64,000 bases of DNA, taken from Glaucostegus cemiculus. Its lineage: Eukaryota. Positions within the stretch are counted from its first letter, which is position 1; every line of letters begins with the position of its first letter. The notes beneath the pieces are model-generated. The model was not told the DNA's origin, searched no databases, and saw only the letters and a program-made list of their open reading frames with translations. Positions 47,958-61,412 of this stretch are shown here, one piece after another. A program made the translations under genes and the position numbers. Location: contig CDPCPM010000104.1 of the NCBI GenBank assembly GCA_976551045.1, positions 1,364,001 through 1,428,000 on the forward strand, given 5' to 3'.

Positions 47958-49404
47958 CTTGACCACTTAAAAATCAACTAAAGAAATGCATCTATCAGAA
48001 AAGCTATCAACTTCACCATCCCCATCACATTAGTGTGCATGGGCAGGCAAACTATCCACTACATAGGAAGGTTAAGTATATTAAATAAATAACAAAACAA
48101 CAAAATGTTAACACAGTCTTGAAAAAATAACATAAATGCTCCAGCTCAAACAAGGCACTGATGGTGCAGACAACAAAGTGAGTCCCAGTTATACTGTTAA
48201 CAAGAAAAATATGCAGCATTAAACAGGTGTTAAACATTGGCTTGGATTTTGTAGTTCCAGTAAATAAAAGGTTGTTTGCCATTAACTATTCATACCTTGG
48301 GCATGTTTAGTTTAACTTTTTTTTGTGAGGCAATTTTTTGAACGTGTAATCTGACCATGGCACAGTGAGGAAAACTGGGTAGCTGACACCCAAGAGGAAA
48401 GGGTAAGCAACTGTATATGCCATTAACCAGTTTGCTTGAAGGATTGTGAAGCTAACAGTGCAAGGACAGAGAAGGAAGTCTAAATGAGGCTGGATAGTTT
48501 CATGTCTGAATCAGGTGCAGGAAGACAAACAAAGGGAGTGCAAGAAAGATTAGAGTAACAAGAGAGAGAACAAAGGAGGAAAATAGATTTTAAATGCTAA
48601 AAAAATTAGCTTTTTTCTAACATCTCCAGCAACAAGTAAAACCTAAAGAGATAATATGCAACAGTTGTAATAACTAATTTTTGGCATTGCTGTTTGGCAA
48701 CAATTAACACCTAGCACATTGTTAAAAGGATACATAAATGGAACTGGACAAGACTGAATTTCCTGTGTTAAGTTTAGTTTATATCTACTCTGGAAACACC
48801 GCAACATCACACCGTTCAATGTGGAATACAGCGGGGATTAGACACTGGGATACCATGTTCACGCATCTGATGGTGGAGTGGTTCATTTAGAAGAGCGACC
48901 TTTGAATAGTTCAGTTTAACTGTGCGCCTGCTCCTCATGTAAAGTTGTTATACCATTTGGCAACAAAAAACAGCAAGCTTCACCATTACTTGAAAAGAAG
49001 GCTTGGCCCATTATCTCATTTACATAGGAAATGCAGTACATTTGAGCCTTGTATAAAAAAAGCACCCAGTTTGTACATGAGATCCTTTTAAGTCTGTAAT
49101 ATTATACAAGGACGTCCTTGAGCTTGAGCACAAGACTTCATGGAAATGAACACATAAATGCGTAAAAGTGAAAATCTAGAGTGATAGAATATAACTACCT
49201 ACAAACATAGCACAACGCCAAATACAGGAAGGAGCACTATGTAGAGAAAAAGTGCAGCACTGTAAAATCTGTTAGATATCATTGCCCACCCTGAAAAGGT
49301 TAATGAATCATGTTATTTATCAAAGTGCCCCCAGTCCTGGGAAAAATATAAATATACACAATATTACTTATCCCTACTGAATTTGCTGACACAAGTTATA
49401 GATT

Positions 49405-49560
49405 CATGGAAGGAACTCAGCCATCTTTATTCCACCCTGGCCCCATGAGTGACTCCAGATCTCCCAATGTGGTCAACACATCAGTTTCAGGGGAAATTGG
49501 GGTTTGACAATAAATGTCGACATTTCCAGTGACATCCACATCCCTTGAACAAATTGAAAC
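49405..49560 (+). mobile_element. SINE 3' fragment, same family as 8913-9277
   Basis: gaaggaactcagccatc...gtgactccagatc...caataaatgtcgac...catccacatccc. Confidence 0.6.
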
Positions 49561-50869
49561 ATACTTTTAAAAAACACAGTAGTCCTCCAAACTTCACTTG
49601 GCTGGCTGTTCTTCCTGTGAGTGCTGAGTATGTGAGTGTCAGCAGGATTTTCAATGCTTCATCATCAAAGCAAAGCCTGTTTCTATTGTCCCTTGATAGT
49701 CAAGTGTATGCATTTAACAGCAGGACCCCTGGCTGATTTCTGTCTCCCTAGTCCAGAAGAGTTAACACGTCTGCCTCTGCTACAGCTGATCTCAGGTAAC
49801 AATAAGAGCACTTAACAAATCACACTGCTTTCTTTTATTTAGTTTGTCAGTTGGGTTGGAGGCAAGGAGACTCGGTGGGGGAGTGGTCTGTCCTAGTGGA
49901 CAGTGGTAATCAGATGACTCCCACAGTCCAATTTCATGACCTGAACTAAAAATGACATTGTGTCAAAACATCTGAAACATAGAAATTACTTCACTGCATG
50001 TCACAGGAAAGTTATATTCACTGCACTGCTGCAGCAGAATCTAATCGTCTGAGACTCACATGCATGCTACTTGCTTGCAACAGAGAGCATTATTATTTTT
50101 TTCCACAAACAATTGTTATATTTCAGTAAAAATGTGCATATTATTATTTTAGAAACTTCTTTGTAATTGTCCCAATTTTTATATTTATGTTATTCACCAG
50201 AACATTTTTCCATTTTTATTTTGCATAATTTCTCTCAATCTGTTATCAATCATATTAAAAATCTTTTCTGACCAAATTAGAGTTGCACGACAAATCCCAA
50301 TTGCCATTAGAAACAAAATTCATTGAGGAAGATCACTGATCAAACTTTCCCAGGATCTCTCTCCAATTTATTTTCTTTCCCAAGGATACTAAATAACCAC
50401 AGGTAGATCTTTATAAGAACAAAATAACCTGAGGGATTTCTCTCTGATTAATTAAGTTACAATTGTAGTAGTTAGCAATGGTAATCTAAACTCAAAAACA
50501 ATTAAAAACTTCAAAAGGGAAGATCCAAAACAATGAGCCATAGACCTTTATAGTACTGGAAGCCAGTAGTCGTATTTGTGTCTGTGGCCACAATCAGTCT
50601 AGTGGACTAAAACCAAATTTACTGTCCTGCTATTTACCTAGCACTGATCACCAGTCCCTCCTCTACCACAGATCTCCAGCACCACCTCCCTACACTACAT
50701 CAGCCCCAAGTCCACAACTATCCATCTGCTTCAATAAGTCATCTTGTTTGTATATTATATATTCAAAAGCATTTGGGATTTACATTTAAAAAGCACATAG
50801 GATCTGCTGTTTTGTAAACACATTACAAAAGATATGAAGAAACACTATACCTTTATAAATTACTGTTTA

Positions 50870-51380
50870 GACATCAGATGGAGGATTTTGGCCAGTTTTA
50901 GTGACAATACCTTAGAAAGGATGTTAATGCTTTAGATTTACTGGAATGGTAGCAAGACTGAGGGATTCCAGTGATGTGGAAAGACTACAGAAATTGGGAT
51001 TATTCTCCAAGAGGACAGCAGGATAAGGGGTACATAGTGGAGATATTCAAAATTCAGGAATTTTACAGAGTGGATAGGGAGAACATTTCTACCATCACCT
51101 TAAATTTGGATCCCTTGGTTACCCATTATCCTGTCAATATATAAGGTGATTCTGAACTAGACAGGAGATGAAAGGAAATGAGCAGGGAGATTTTATGACC
51201 TGCAATCCATTGCTTGAAAAGGTTAGTGAAAATACTTTCATAAGGGAATTGAAAGTATTGGAAAGGGGAAAAGGGCCCTGGAATACAGCAGGGGAGTGGG
51301 GGAGTAGTTGGACCGCTCTTTAAAGGGATTGGGTGCAGAGATGATTATTTAAATGGGTTTCTATGCAGCATGATTGTGGA
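50870..51380 (+). mobile_element. Degraded CR1-type LINE fragment
   Basis: ccttagaaaggatgttaatgctttag (LRKDVNAL), agactacagaaattgggattattctcc (RLQKLGLFS), CR1-like 3'UTR. Confidence 0.7.
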
Positions 51381-53249
51381 GTGAGGGAGATAAATGTCTA
51401 AGCATGTGTTTAAGCTTGCAGTAGATTTTTTATGATGTACATAAAAATCATCCATGCTTTTGTTATACAACGGATGTTGAATTTTACTTGGAGGTGGCTA
51501 TGCAAATAACCTACAGAATCCTGCTTTTTGGAGCTGTATTGGAAGAATCTCCAAGAAGCGTGTTTGAACACTTTACTGACACCTGCATTTGATCATGGCT
51601 ACATAAATGAAAAGCAAAAATTGCATACAAGACACTTAACTAAAAAAGCTTTGATAATATTGTGGTGTGATTATATATAATTAAGTACTTAATCTTAAAA
51701 CATTGCACATTCATCTCCTGTTGTATATAGATATAGTAAAACTAGTGGTAATACCTATTAATATTTGTCAAATTTTGTATTCACTCTTTATTGATACCTT
51801 TATGCTTTTATTACAGGCAACTGGAGAAGGAAATCTTCACTCTTTTACTTGAGGACTTCTTTGTTATCCATTGTTTATTCCAACTAATTTTTGTTTACTT
51901 CTCAGTTTGAATAGCTGTTTTATTCCAGCGTTGACTTATCACTCCTCTTTCCTTTCTACCATGCTCAGCTTCCTGTCCAAGAGACTTGGCATGTGACCTT
52001 TGCCAGGCCTGTCTTACCGTGATAAAATGGCACAATGGCCAAGCAAGCTGTTCAAAACCAGTCAAAGACTGAAGAGAAGTGAAGCATGCTGTACTGTGTC
52101 AGAGTTTCATCTACTTCTTTCAGTTTTATGCTTCTGAATGGCATTTCACTGCACATTTATGAAATAGAAGAGCAACAGAAAGTTTTTGTCTTCAGAGTTG
52201 AAATCATGCAAACAAAATAGTCATTTATTTTCCTTGTGCTCTACATTATTTCACTGTCTTGACCCTTCTCTGATCCCAAGTATTTTTCCAGCTTTACAAT
52301 ACTTGTATCTGCACATACAAGAGCTTATTATTCACATGTTCTTTCATATCTTTACACACTTTCTCTAGTGCTGCAAGCCTTTTCTCATTCTGTGGGTAGA
52401 GTAGCAGTGCTTATGCAAACATACTCTCCATGCACTACTCAATGCAGACTTAGTCACAGACTTGTACTTTCTCACATGGTCATTTGCGGTGTTAGAAAAT
52501 GCTCAATAAATCTTGACGCATAAATGCAACTCACAAACTTAAAACTGTTTACAAGATTTCATGCACCAATTGCCTAGAATATGTACAATGATGTATAATT
52601 CTAGCAGTTATTGCAATATTTATGTTATTTATGACATTAAAAAATCTCTTCTATGTGCAGCAGAGGAAATTCATTACTTTGAATTTTATTTATAGTAGGA
52701 AGAATTTTATAGAATTATTTTGTTCTCTAAGTCACATTTTAATCTTAAGTTTAGCAAACATTTGTTTAACTGTTACCAACTAGATGAATATCATATATTT
52801 ACCCTACAATCTTAGCTCAATTCCTCATTGTACTTCTCAATAAATTTGCATGAAATAACCTGATTTGTAGCAAATGTCAAGACTGAAGCTATTGTCTACA
52901 GTCACTGTCACAAATTTAGTTCTAGAGTCACTAACTCTATCTCACTACCCAAACCAGACTCTACATTGGTGTCATAATTGACTCTGAACCAAACTTAGGA
53001 CTATATATTTGCACCATCCTTAAGACTGTATATTTGCAGTTTTGCAGTAATAATTGTCTCTACCCCCATTAAAGTCATCTTCTGCTCAAACCTAATCTGT
53101 ACCATAGTTACCTCCAGGCTTAACTATACTAACAAACTTCTAACCATTCTCTCTCATTTTGCTGTCTATGAACTTGAAATCATCTCATCTTTGAATATGA
53201 TGACTCAGTTTGCACAGAACCCTGGTCAGAGAATCCCATGCGTCATGAC

Positions 53250-53860
53250 TCTCCGACAGAAGAAATTCCTCTGCATACTGATCTTAAGAGGACATTTTTT
53301 TATTCTCATGCTCCATCAAGCTCCTTCAAGATCTTAACATGTTTAATGGGCGGCACGATAGTGTAGCGGTTAGTGCAATGCTGTTACAGCGCCAGCGATC
53401 GGGGTTCGATTCCCGTCACTGACTGTAAGGAGTTTGTACGTTCTCCCGTGTCTGCGTGGGTTTCCTCTGGGTGCTCCGGTTTCCTCCCACATTCTGAAAG
53501 ACGTACGGGTAGGTTAATTTGGGGGTTTAAAATGGGCGGCGTGGACTCGGAGGGCCAAAAGGGCCTGTTACCACACTGTAAATAAATAAATCAATCAATT
53601 CAAAGAGATCGCTTTCTAAACTCCACAGAGTACAAGTCCAATGTGCCTAATCTAGATTCATTAGGTAACATCTTCCTACCTAAAATCAATTCTGTGAATT
53701 TTCTCTTCATGGTCTTTAAGGGAAGCACATCCTTCTTTAAATAAGGGGACCAAAACCTTGCAGAGTTGTCCAGGTGTGGTCTCACCAATGTACTGTAAAG
53801 TTGCAACATAACATTCTTCCTTTTATACCCCATTCCTCTTGCAATAAAGACAACAAACAA
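53250..53860 (-). mobile_element. CR1-type LINE fragment interrupted by a SINE
   Basis: ORF 53600-53860 reads FIARGMGYKRKNVMLQLYSTLVRPHLDNSARFWSPYLKKDV (CR1 RT C-terminus) and continues left of the SINE (VKILKEL). Confidence 0.85.
53348..53600 (+). mobile_element. Full-length young V-SINE with CR1-like tail and (AAAT)n end
   Basis: Starts gggcggcac; A box TAGTGTAGCGG, B box GGTTCGATTCC (53403-53413), V-domain core, CpGs retained. Confidence 0.9.
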
Positions 53861-55763
53861 TTAAATAATTTTCAATGAAAAAGGAAGCTAAAATCAGTGG
53901 AACCAAATGTACAGTTTTCAGCTATGTTTGGTGACATTGCTGTGACCAGCCAGAGTGGAGATGATTGGGTAGTTCCCCATCAATCATTGCTGTATGTGAC
54001 TGAGATTGATTTCACATGCATAATTCATGTAACTGTCTTTTCATTGTCTTTTACTGTACAAGTTGTTCTGCTTTTATTTGGAACATTTATTGTGATTTCT
54101 ATTTCCCCCCCTCTCTTTTTTAAAAAAACCTATTTGGTGAATATTGGCTTTCTTTGGTGTACCACAGACTGCTGTGGATCACATGCCCCACCCACATCCA
54201 ACTCATTGGCTGATTCAGAGTATCTATTCACAACACTGCAAGCTTTTAGTTAGGCTTAGGCAAGATGACAAGAAATATTTATTTTCACACACTGCCAGGA
54301 CATATGGAGTTGCTAAGATCCTATGAAAAAAAATTGGACAAGTTCCTAAGAGAAGGTGGTATTCCTGCATAGAGGGGAATCAGCTGGTAATAAATTTAGA
54401 TTGCAATGGTCCATGGGCAACTGCAGGCACCTGGAGGTTGCTTGGTTTCCTCCAGAAGCCAGAGAGGAAATTATGAGAGAGTTCCTGAAACAGTTTTAGA
54501 TTTGTCTTTTGCTATTCTCAGAAGATAGTTTTGCCAGTGTGCAAGGTTAGTTTTGACTGGCTTACTGCATTTAATCTTCTTTGGTGTAGTGTTTGAATAA
54601 AAACATGGAATTAGTTTCTTATTTCTTGGGTAATTCTTAAAGAAGGAAGGAGAACTTCTTAAAAATAATCCTTAAATAGCAACAGGGAGCAAGCAAAACA
54701 GACATAAGTGCAGCTGAGGGGGAAATCGCTGAGTGACAAAGAATGTAACGGGTAGAAATTTGTCTTTAGTTGGTAGTGTTAAATGGATGCTCAGGACTGC
54801 CTGTTATGCATCCCTCCAGATACTGACATCAATAGAAATGAATAGGCTGAATCGTGCTGGCTGTGGCCAGAAGTTCTGGCATTCAGCCATTCAAACTGAA
54901 GTATGTCCCAGACTTAGACACTTGCACTGTTAGTCTCAGTCTTGTTGACAGATTTGGAAGGCTGGGAAATTGCTGGGGAATTGCCTCTTGGATCCCACAC
55001 CAGATCAGAGCTGGCCTGGGATCAGAAACCCCAATGATTTCAGTAGGGATTCTAATCCTGCAGGTTAGAAGGCAAAGGAAGAGTACATTAATTTTTGAAT
55101 TATTGTTGTGGTTTTTAATTATCTGGTTACTTATTATTTAACTTTTACTAACTTTTGTGCTTTGAATTAACTTCATTTTTTGTTTAAATTTTAAATAATT
55201 TTTTTTTTAGTTATGCACAATTGTATTAGCTTTTAATTGTCTCTGAATATTTGAAATTTAAAAAAATGTGTACAAGTTAGTAACAGATTTGACAGACGGC
55301 AAAGCTCCTCCTGCAGCTTTACCTTTTGCTGAGGGTGCTTCAGAACAGAGATTCTACCCAGTGCTGGCTACACCCAGACCTCACCTCCAGACTCCAGGGT
55401 GCAGAGGGCCCCTGAGTCAGTCCCTCCACCACCATCCAGGTTAACGTGGGCAGACGCAGTCCAGCACAATCTGGCTAAGTATTGGCAGTGGAGTATAATG
55501 TGTTTACAGCTGTGGGTCCAAGGTAAATTTCTAAATCTTTTCACTTTACTAATCATTCAAAATACTCACAGCAGCCAAACTTTAAAGAAGTATCCATGAT
55601 GAATTATTGTTGTTTTTGAGCGATGGCAAGGATTTAAATTTGAAATGCAATTAAAACACAAGTTGTGAATTTAAACATTTAATTGCAACATGAAAGGAAA
55701 AGTTTTCGAAGGGTAATGAAAGGGAGTGGCAGATGTTATACACCATACATAGAACTGGTTAGC

Positions 55764-55766
<3 letters not shown>

Positions 55767-55804
<38 letters not shown>
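55767..55804. repeat. (AC)n microsatellite
   Basis: Direct reading. Confidence 0.95.
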
Positions 55805-55806
<2 letters not shown>

Positions 55807-58800
55807 AAGACCTACACTGAAGAAGTGAGGTGAAATGTAAAGGATTAGGGGGCATCATGAAATTGAATGTTTATGTGAAGGACGTTTGTTTGGTTCTGCA
55901 GTTATTACAATGGGGAAATAGCTGGAACAGCAAACCTGAACTCTAGATACCATTGAGATGCCCTTGATCTCCCCACCCTCTGCATTCCATGTTATTCATG
56001 AGAAAGATCTAAAGCACTCATTCAGAAAGTGAAAATAAATGTTATGTGGACCATGTTCACCACAGTACTGACAAAGCAAATTTGGTCTGCAAACAAAAGA
56101 CATTTCATTCTGGTGGGGGCATGTCATACAAATCTATGGAGAGGATAAACTACTTCATAGTTGGATGTAAGCATCACCTTGAAAAGAACATGCTACAATT
56201 AATGAGGTCATATAGTTAAGTTTTGAAAGGATAGGGTTCACAATCATTATGTTCATTGAATTTGACTAATAATTAACTTTTGGCAAACTGCAGCAGTGTG
56301 TGACAAGGCTCTGGATTTTTGAAAAGCGTAAAACATCAGAGCTTAAATTTTATACTTTGGAGACTAGGACACAACGATAAAAGAACTTCTCAAATCTTTT
56401 ACTGTAACATACCAGGACATATAACAGTCTGACTTGTTACTTGAGTGTTTGAGATAATAAATAGTTGCACTGGATTACAGATATGTCAATCTCTGAACAT
56501 AAATGTCTAAAGCGTAATGCTCTGTTTGCCACCATGTAATTTACTGCTTTGGGCAATGGAACATCATCGGTATCCTTTCTTGGTTGGTAGTGAAGCGGGT
56601 CGAACGTGCTGTTTGAAACTCTAGCACATTTGGAGATCTCTTATGTATCCTGGAGTGAATTATTTTCCATGGATCAGCGTGAACTGTGTTCAGTCATTAA
56701 AAATGAAACACAAATCAATCTGATCTGCTTTTACTTAATTTGAACATTGTGGATCTGGGGCAACCAGTGGGTACAATGGGCTTGACCTTCTGTGAAAGTA
56801 AGGACGAGGCTAATAACAGAAATTTTACTGTAACATCAGGTGAGAGCATATCCATTATTAAGCACGACAATCTGGGAGGAGCTATTTTCTGCTCCCCCAT
56901 AAATTGCTCAAGAATATAATCTCAGCATTTGAATCTCCATTCCACTGGATTGAATGACACCAAGTTCTGAAAGGGACATGTCGACACAGAGTAAGCCTGC
57001 TGCAGAAGGTAGGGTTTGTCCATTCCAGTGGAAGTACATTTTTAGCAGAGCTACTCATCTTAATTACTACCATATGACCTTTCTGTCACTGAAAGGTAAG
57101 ATTTGCAAATGTGGAGTCTCATTCCTTACAGTTTGGGGACATTTCTAAAAGGTTAGCTTTAAAAGAAATAAAAATCTTTTTGCTTTCATCTTTTTCTTCA
57201 CCAAGTTTTCTTTCCTACTCTGTCCCATATTTGACATAGATTTCATTCTTCTAATCTACAGTTTTTGGTTTGGACTCGATACTGCTAAGTAATGATTCTG
57301 CAGTCTAATTGGTTACAGAGATACACAGCTCCTTGTCCTGTTCACACAGATCCCAGTCACCATGTAGAACATGCTGCATAGTTTTGATTGCTTTGCCAAA
57401 CCCCTGAATAAATCCTTGAACACTTGCAAGTCTTCTGAGCTGCTCAGTGAAACGACAAAAACTCGCCAAATATTGGTCAATTAAATACAACAAGTTGGAT
57501 AGTATATGATTGGCTTTATACTTGTGACCAACAGTGAAATAACTTGCTTGCTCATTTGGTGATTAAATTCAATTTATCATTGATATTACAGATAAAAGAT
57601 TTGACATAAGCAAAATGTAGATAGAAGAGCAGGAGTCAATAAAATATTTTTATCAAATAGTTCAATTTAGATATAGTTGAGTTTCTTCAAATCAAAGGAC
57701 AAAATTTGTGCTCGAATGGACTATAGGAATGGTTGAGCAAGTCATTCTTCAATGCACTGAAGCTTCTGATTTTTTTAAATCATGGTGCTTGGTTATACTG
57801 AGTGATTTGCAGTAATATCAGTTCTGTTAAAGGATTTGTAACACACTGAGAGGTTTGTCATGAGAGCAAGTCATGAAAATGTGGCTGATCATAAAAGACC
57901 TGCATTTAAATGCTGAACTAAAATGTAACCCAATGCATTTCACAATGTATACAGCTCAATGAAATGTGCATTAACTCTGGTTAAGCTGGTACATGTAAAA
58001 CCCTTTGCACATTGCAGGATCCCACAGCCAACAAGAAGATAAGGAGCTATTTTTGATTGTGCTGGAGGAGAAAGAAACAGTTGTAAGGGGATTGAAGTTT
58101 GATGTGTCATCTGAAGCAGCCAACACCATGTACTGGAGTGTAACTTGATCCCACAGCCTTATTCAAGGGGTTAACAAGATACATGTTGAGTTTGTTATAC
58201 TGAAGTTCCACTTTTAACATTTTATAATTTTCTCTCCTTTCTCTCCTGTTTCCATGTTTCTTGCTTCCTTTCATGTTCTGCAACTTCTTCAGAGTGTAAT
58301 TGTGCATTTTATCAGGGAGACTAAACTGAAATATACTACTGCTAATTCAAAGATAACATAATTTAATTTTTTTGGAGATTTTTCAAAAGAAAAAACACAA
58401 TTCTTTTTTTCAGCTAATAAATAGGGAATATTCATGAAAAGCCAGATCTAGGAGCTGCTTCACTAGCCAACTCTTTCATGTGTAGTTGAGTAGTTCCTTC
58501 TCACTACAAGGTTCTTGGCTCTCGAGAAATTGCACTTTACTCAGCAATGTAGACGGCTGACATTTCATTTCCCAGATTGCATACAACTTCCTTTTGTAAA
58601 GAATTATTGGAAGCATTTCTCAGTAAGTAGTTTACTGGGAAAAAAAAACTGTTATACCCTGGAGTAGAAGCTATCTGATCTAGTTATTATCCTGTATTGA
58701 CAACAAAGAGAACTGTACAGATCAAAGATTTTATTCAATCTAAAGGCATGGAAATTACTTACTCAACTTTGGTAGAGATAATTTACCTCAAATAAATAAA

Positions 58801-59241
58801 TACATTGATCAGTTCAGTTAAAATATCTGTACAGAATTATAAGTAAACATATCAGAAATGACCAAAGATACATTATGGCTTAACTGAAAATTAGAAACAC
58901 AGAGCTGCAGGAGGACTTGCAGAGTGACATTTGACTTTGAAGCATCTCTTTTTATTGAAGTTGTTTTGTTAGGTTGAAGGTGGATTCTGAATGAGTGGTT
59001 AGCACAGAGGTACAACAATTCTGGTCATTCACCAAAATCTCTCCCTTGTCCTCCAGTTACAAAAGAAATACCAAACAGCACAGCCATTTTTGGATGTCCC
59101 AACTGCCACTGCATCCTTTTGTGTTATCAGTTCCATGACTTTGTGGGTGCAATTTTTTTCCCATTGCAATATGGTGCAGATTGGGCCACTCTAGGTTACA
59201 GCTCCCACCTTGTCTAATTAGCTGACAGTCAAAATAATAAT

Positions 59242-59279
59242 TAAGAGATTACATTCTATCTAAGAGATTACATTCTATC
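59242..59279. repeat. Perfect 19-bp tandem duplication
   Basis: taagagattacattctatc twice. Confidence 0.95.
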
Positions 59280-59969
59280 ATATTGCCTTGTTTTAATGAG
59301 GTGTAAAAACAAAAGCAACTAAAACTCATTCAGGTAAAGTGATTAGACTGAAAAGAGATTTTGGACATATCCTACTGCAACTAACAGTGTCTAGTCTCAC
59401 CCATAAAGAGGCATTGGTGGAATCATACAAAGTATTCCTGGGCATGACTATTGGCTTTCAAGAGAGAACAGAATAAAATAGAAAAAAAATATTTTGTTGC
59501 AGCTTATGGTAACATTTATTGACGTGTGTGTTTGAAAACAACATGATTTTAATGCTAAAATAACGTAATAGTGTTTCATAAAAGAGGTCAAACACAAGAT
59601 TGAAATTGTATAAAGTGGCTGAACCCAATATGATAAAATTGCTGACAAGCTTTGCTGGAACTTACCTTCATGAAATTCGCGATGACATTATGAAACATGA
59701 GCAAAATGTGTGGAGGAAGATTTTCACAGGGGCAGATCAGAACCAATAAGGAGGTATTCACTGATTATGGCCAATAAAATATGACCAGTGAAAGCTCAGT
59801 TAAACATTTTGGTTAAGAATTTGCATTCAACATTTTCTACAGCAAGTGGAGGCATATGGTGACATAGTTGTTGTTATGAACATATGATTGCAAACACCTG
59901 CTTCTGCCATCTACAAATGGTAGCGGAATGTTAATCCTGAGCATATAACTTAAATGATTAACATTGCAC

Positions 59970-60072
59970 TTGTGATAACAGATCATTCATTTGAAACATT
60001 AACTGTGTTTCCCTCCCCACAGATGCTGCTTGACCAGCTGAGTATTTCCAGCACATTTGGATTTAGTTTCTG
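59970..60072 (+). mobile_element. Penelope-like terminal repeat fragment
   Basis: tgaaacattaactg...ccacagatgctgcttgaccagctgagtatttccagcac. Confidence 0.65.
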
Positions 60073-60668
60073 AGGAGACAACTATCAGATGTCAAGAAGG
60101 ATGGTGTGAGGTTTTACATAAAAGCAAATTTTACAGGGATCTAGTTGCAGTATGGATATGCAAACTGGTGAAGCAATCAAATGTTATCAAGTTACAACTG
60201 CAAGCAAAGTAAACCAACAATGCTGTCCAGTGTTCCAGATTATTCAGCCATATGACACTTTGGTAGAGGGAGTTGGAATTGTGTTTGGCTTTCTTCCCTA
60301 CAACCTGTTTTCAAGTCCAGCAAGACTGTGGGTATAAAGTCTTCTCCCTCTTGTCATTCAGGCATCTTAAGAGCAAGAAGTTTTGTAAAATTTCAACCCT
60401 GGTCCTCTGTTAAGTGGGTGCATTGTACAAGCTGTTCTTAATTTGATTCTCAATTGCATTTTTATTCAAAGTTTATAAGGAAGTTTGGGAAAGGCAAACA
60501 TCATATTGAAAGGTGATCTTCTGAGGCTTGAGTTTTGGGAGTAGATTACTGAGAGTTTAACTCTGCAGATTCAATCCAACACAATATACCTGCTTGGTTC
60601 CAAATCTTGGTTCAAAATGGAAAAATCTTCTGACAGAGGTACCCTTACCTTGGTGGGCAATTTATATT

Positions 60669-60868
60669 TCAGAATCAGAATCAGGTTTATCATCACTGAC
60701 ATATGTCGTGAAATTTGTTGTTTTGCAGCAGCAGTACAGTGCAAGACATAAAAATTACTATAAGTTAAAAAAAATAATTAGTACAAAAGAGGAATAATGA
60801 GGCTGTGTTTATGGGTTTATGGACTGTACAGAAATCTGATGGTAGAGGGAAAGAAGCTGTTCATGAAA
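60669..60868 (-). mobile_element. Rex1/Babar-type LINE 3' fragment
   Basis: Reverse complement of 61208-61412, including the (TTCTGA)n tail. Confidence 0.85.
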
Positions 60869-60940
60869 AACAAAAAAACATTAAATTTATTTAAATATAT
60901 GAACAAAATCAAACCTACACATCTAAAATAAGATTAGGAT

Positions 60941-61412
60941 TTCTACAGAGGAGAACATCCTGACTGGTTGTATCACTGCCTGGTATGGAAGCTCAAAATC
61001 GCAGGATCGAAAGAGGCTGCAGAGAGTTGTAGACTCAGCCAGCGCCATCACGGGCACAACCCTCCCCGCCATCGAGGACATCTTCAAGAGGCAGTGCCTC
61101 AAGAAGTTGGCATCCATCATTAAGGACCCTCACCAGCTGGGACATGCCCTCTTCTCGTTACTACCATTGGGGAGGAGGCACAGGAGCCTGAAGACCCACA
61201 CTCAACATTTTAGGAACAGCTTCTTCCCCTCCATCATCAGATTTATGAACGGTCCATGAACTCATGAACAATACCCCATTATTCCTCTTTTGCATTATTT
61301 ATTTATTTTCATAACTTGTAGTCATTTTTATGTCTTTATATCTTGCACTGTACTACTGCCACAAAACAACAAATTTAATAACATATGTCAGTGAAAATAA
61401 ACCTGATTCTGA
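60941..61412 (+). mobile_element. Rex1/Babar-type LINE 3' fragment with open 103-codon RT C-terminus (60951-61259)
   Basis: ENILTGCITAWYGSSKSQDRKRLQRVVDSASAITGTTLPAIEDIFKRQCLKKLASIIKDPHQLGHALFSLLPLGRRHRSLKTHTQHFRNSFFPSIIRFMNGP*, then 3'UTR and tail. Confidence 0.9.

Noticed and set aside
53348-53420. tRNA gene
   Set aside because: The A and B boxes belong to a SINE head that continues into the V-domain; there is no full cloverleaf or terminator.
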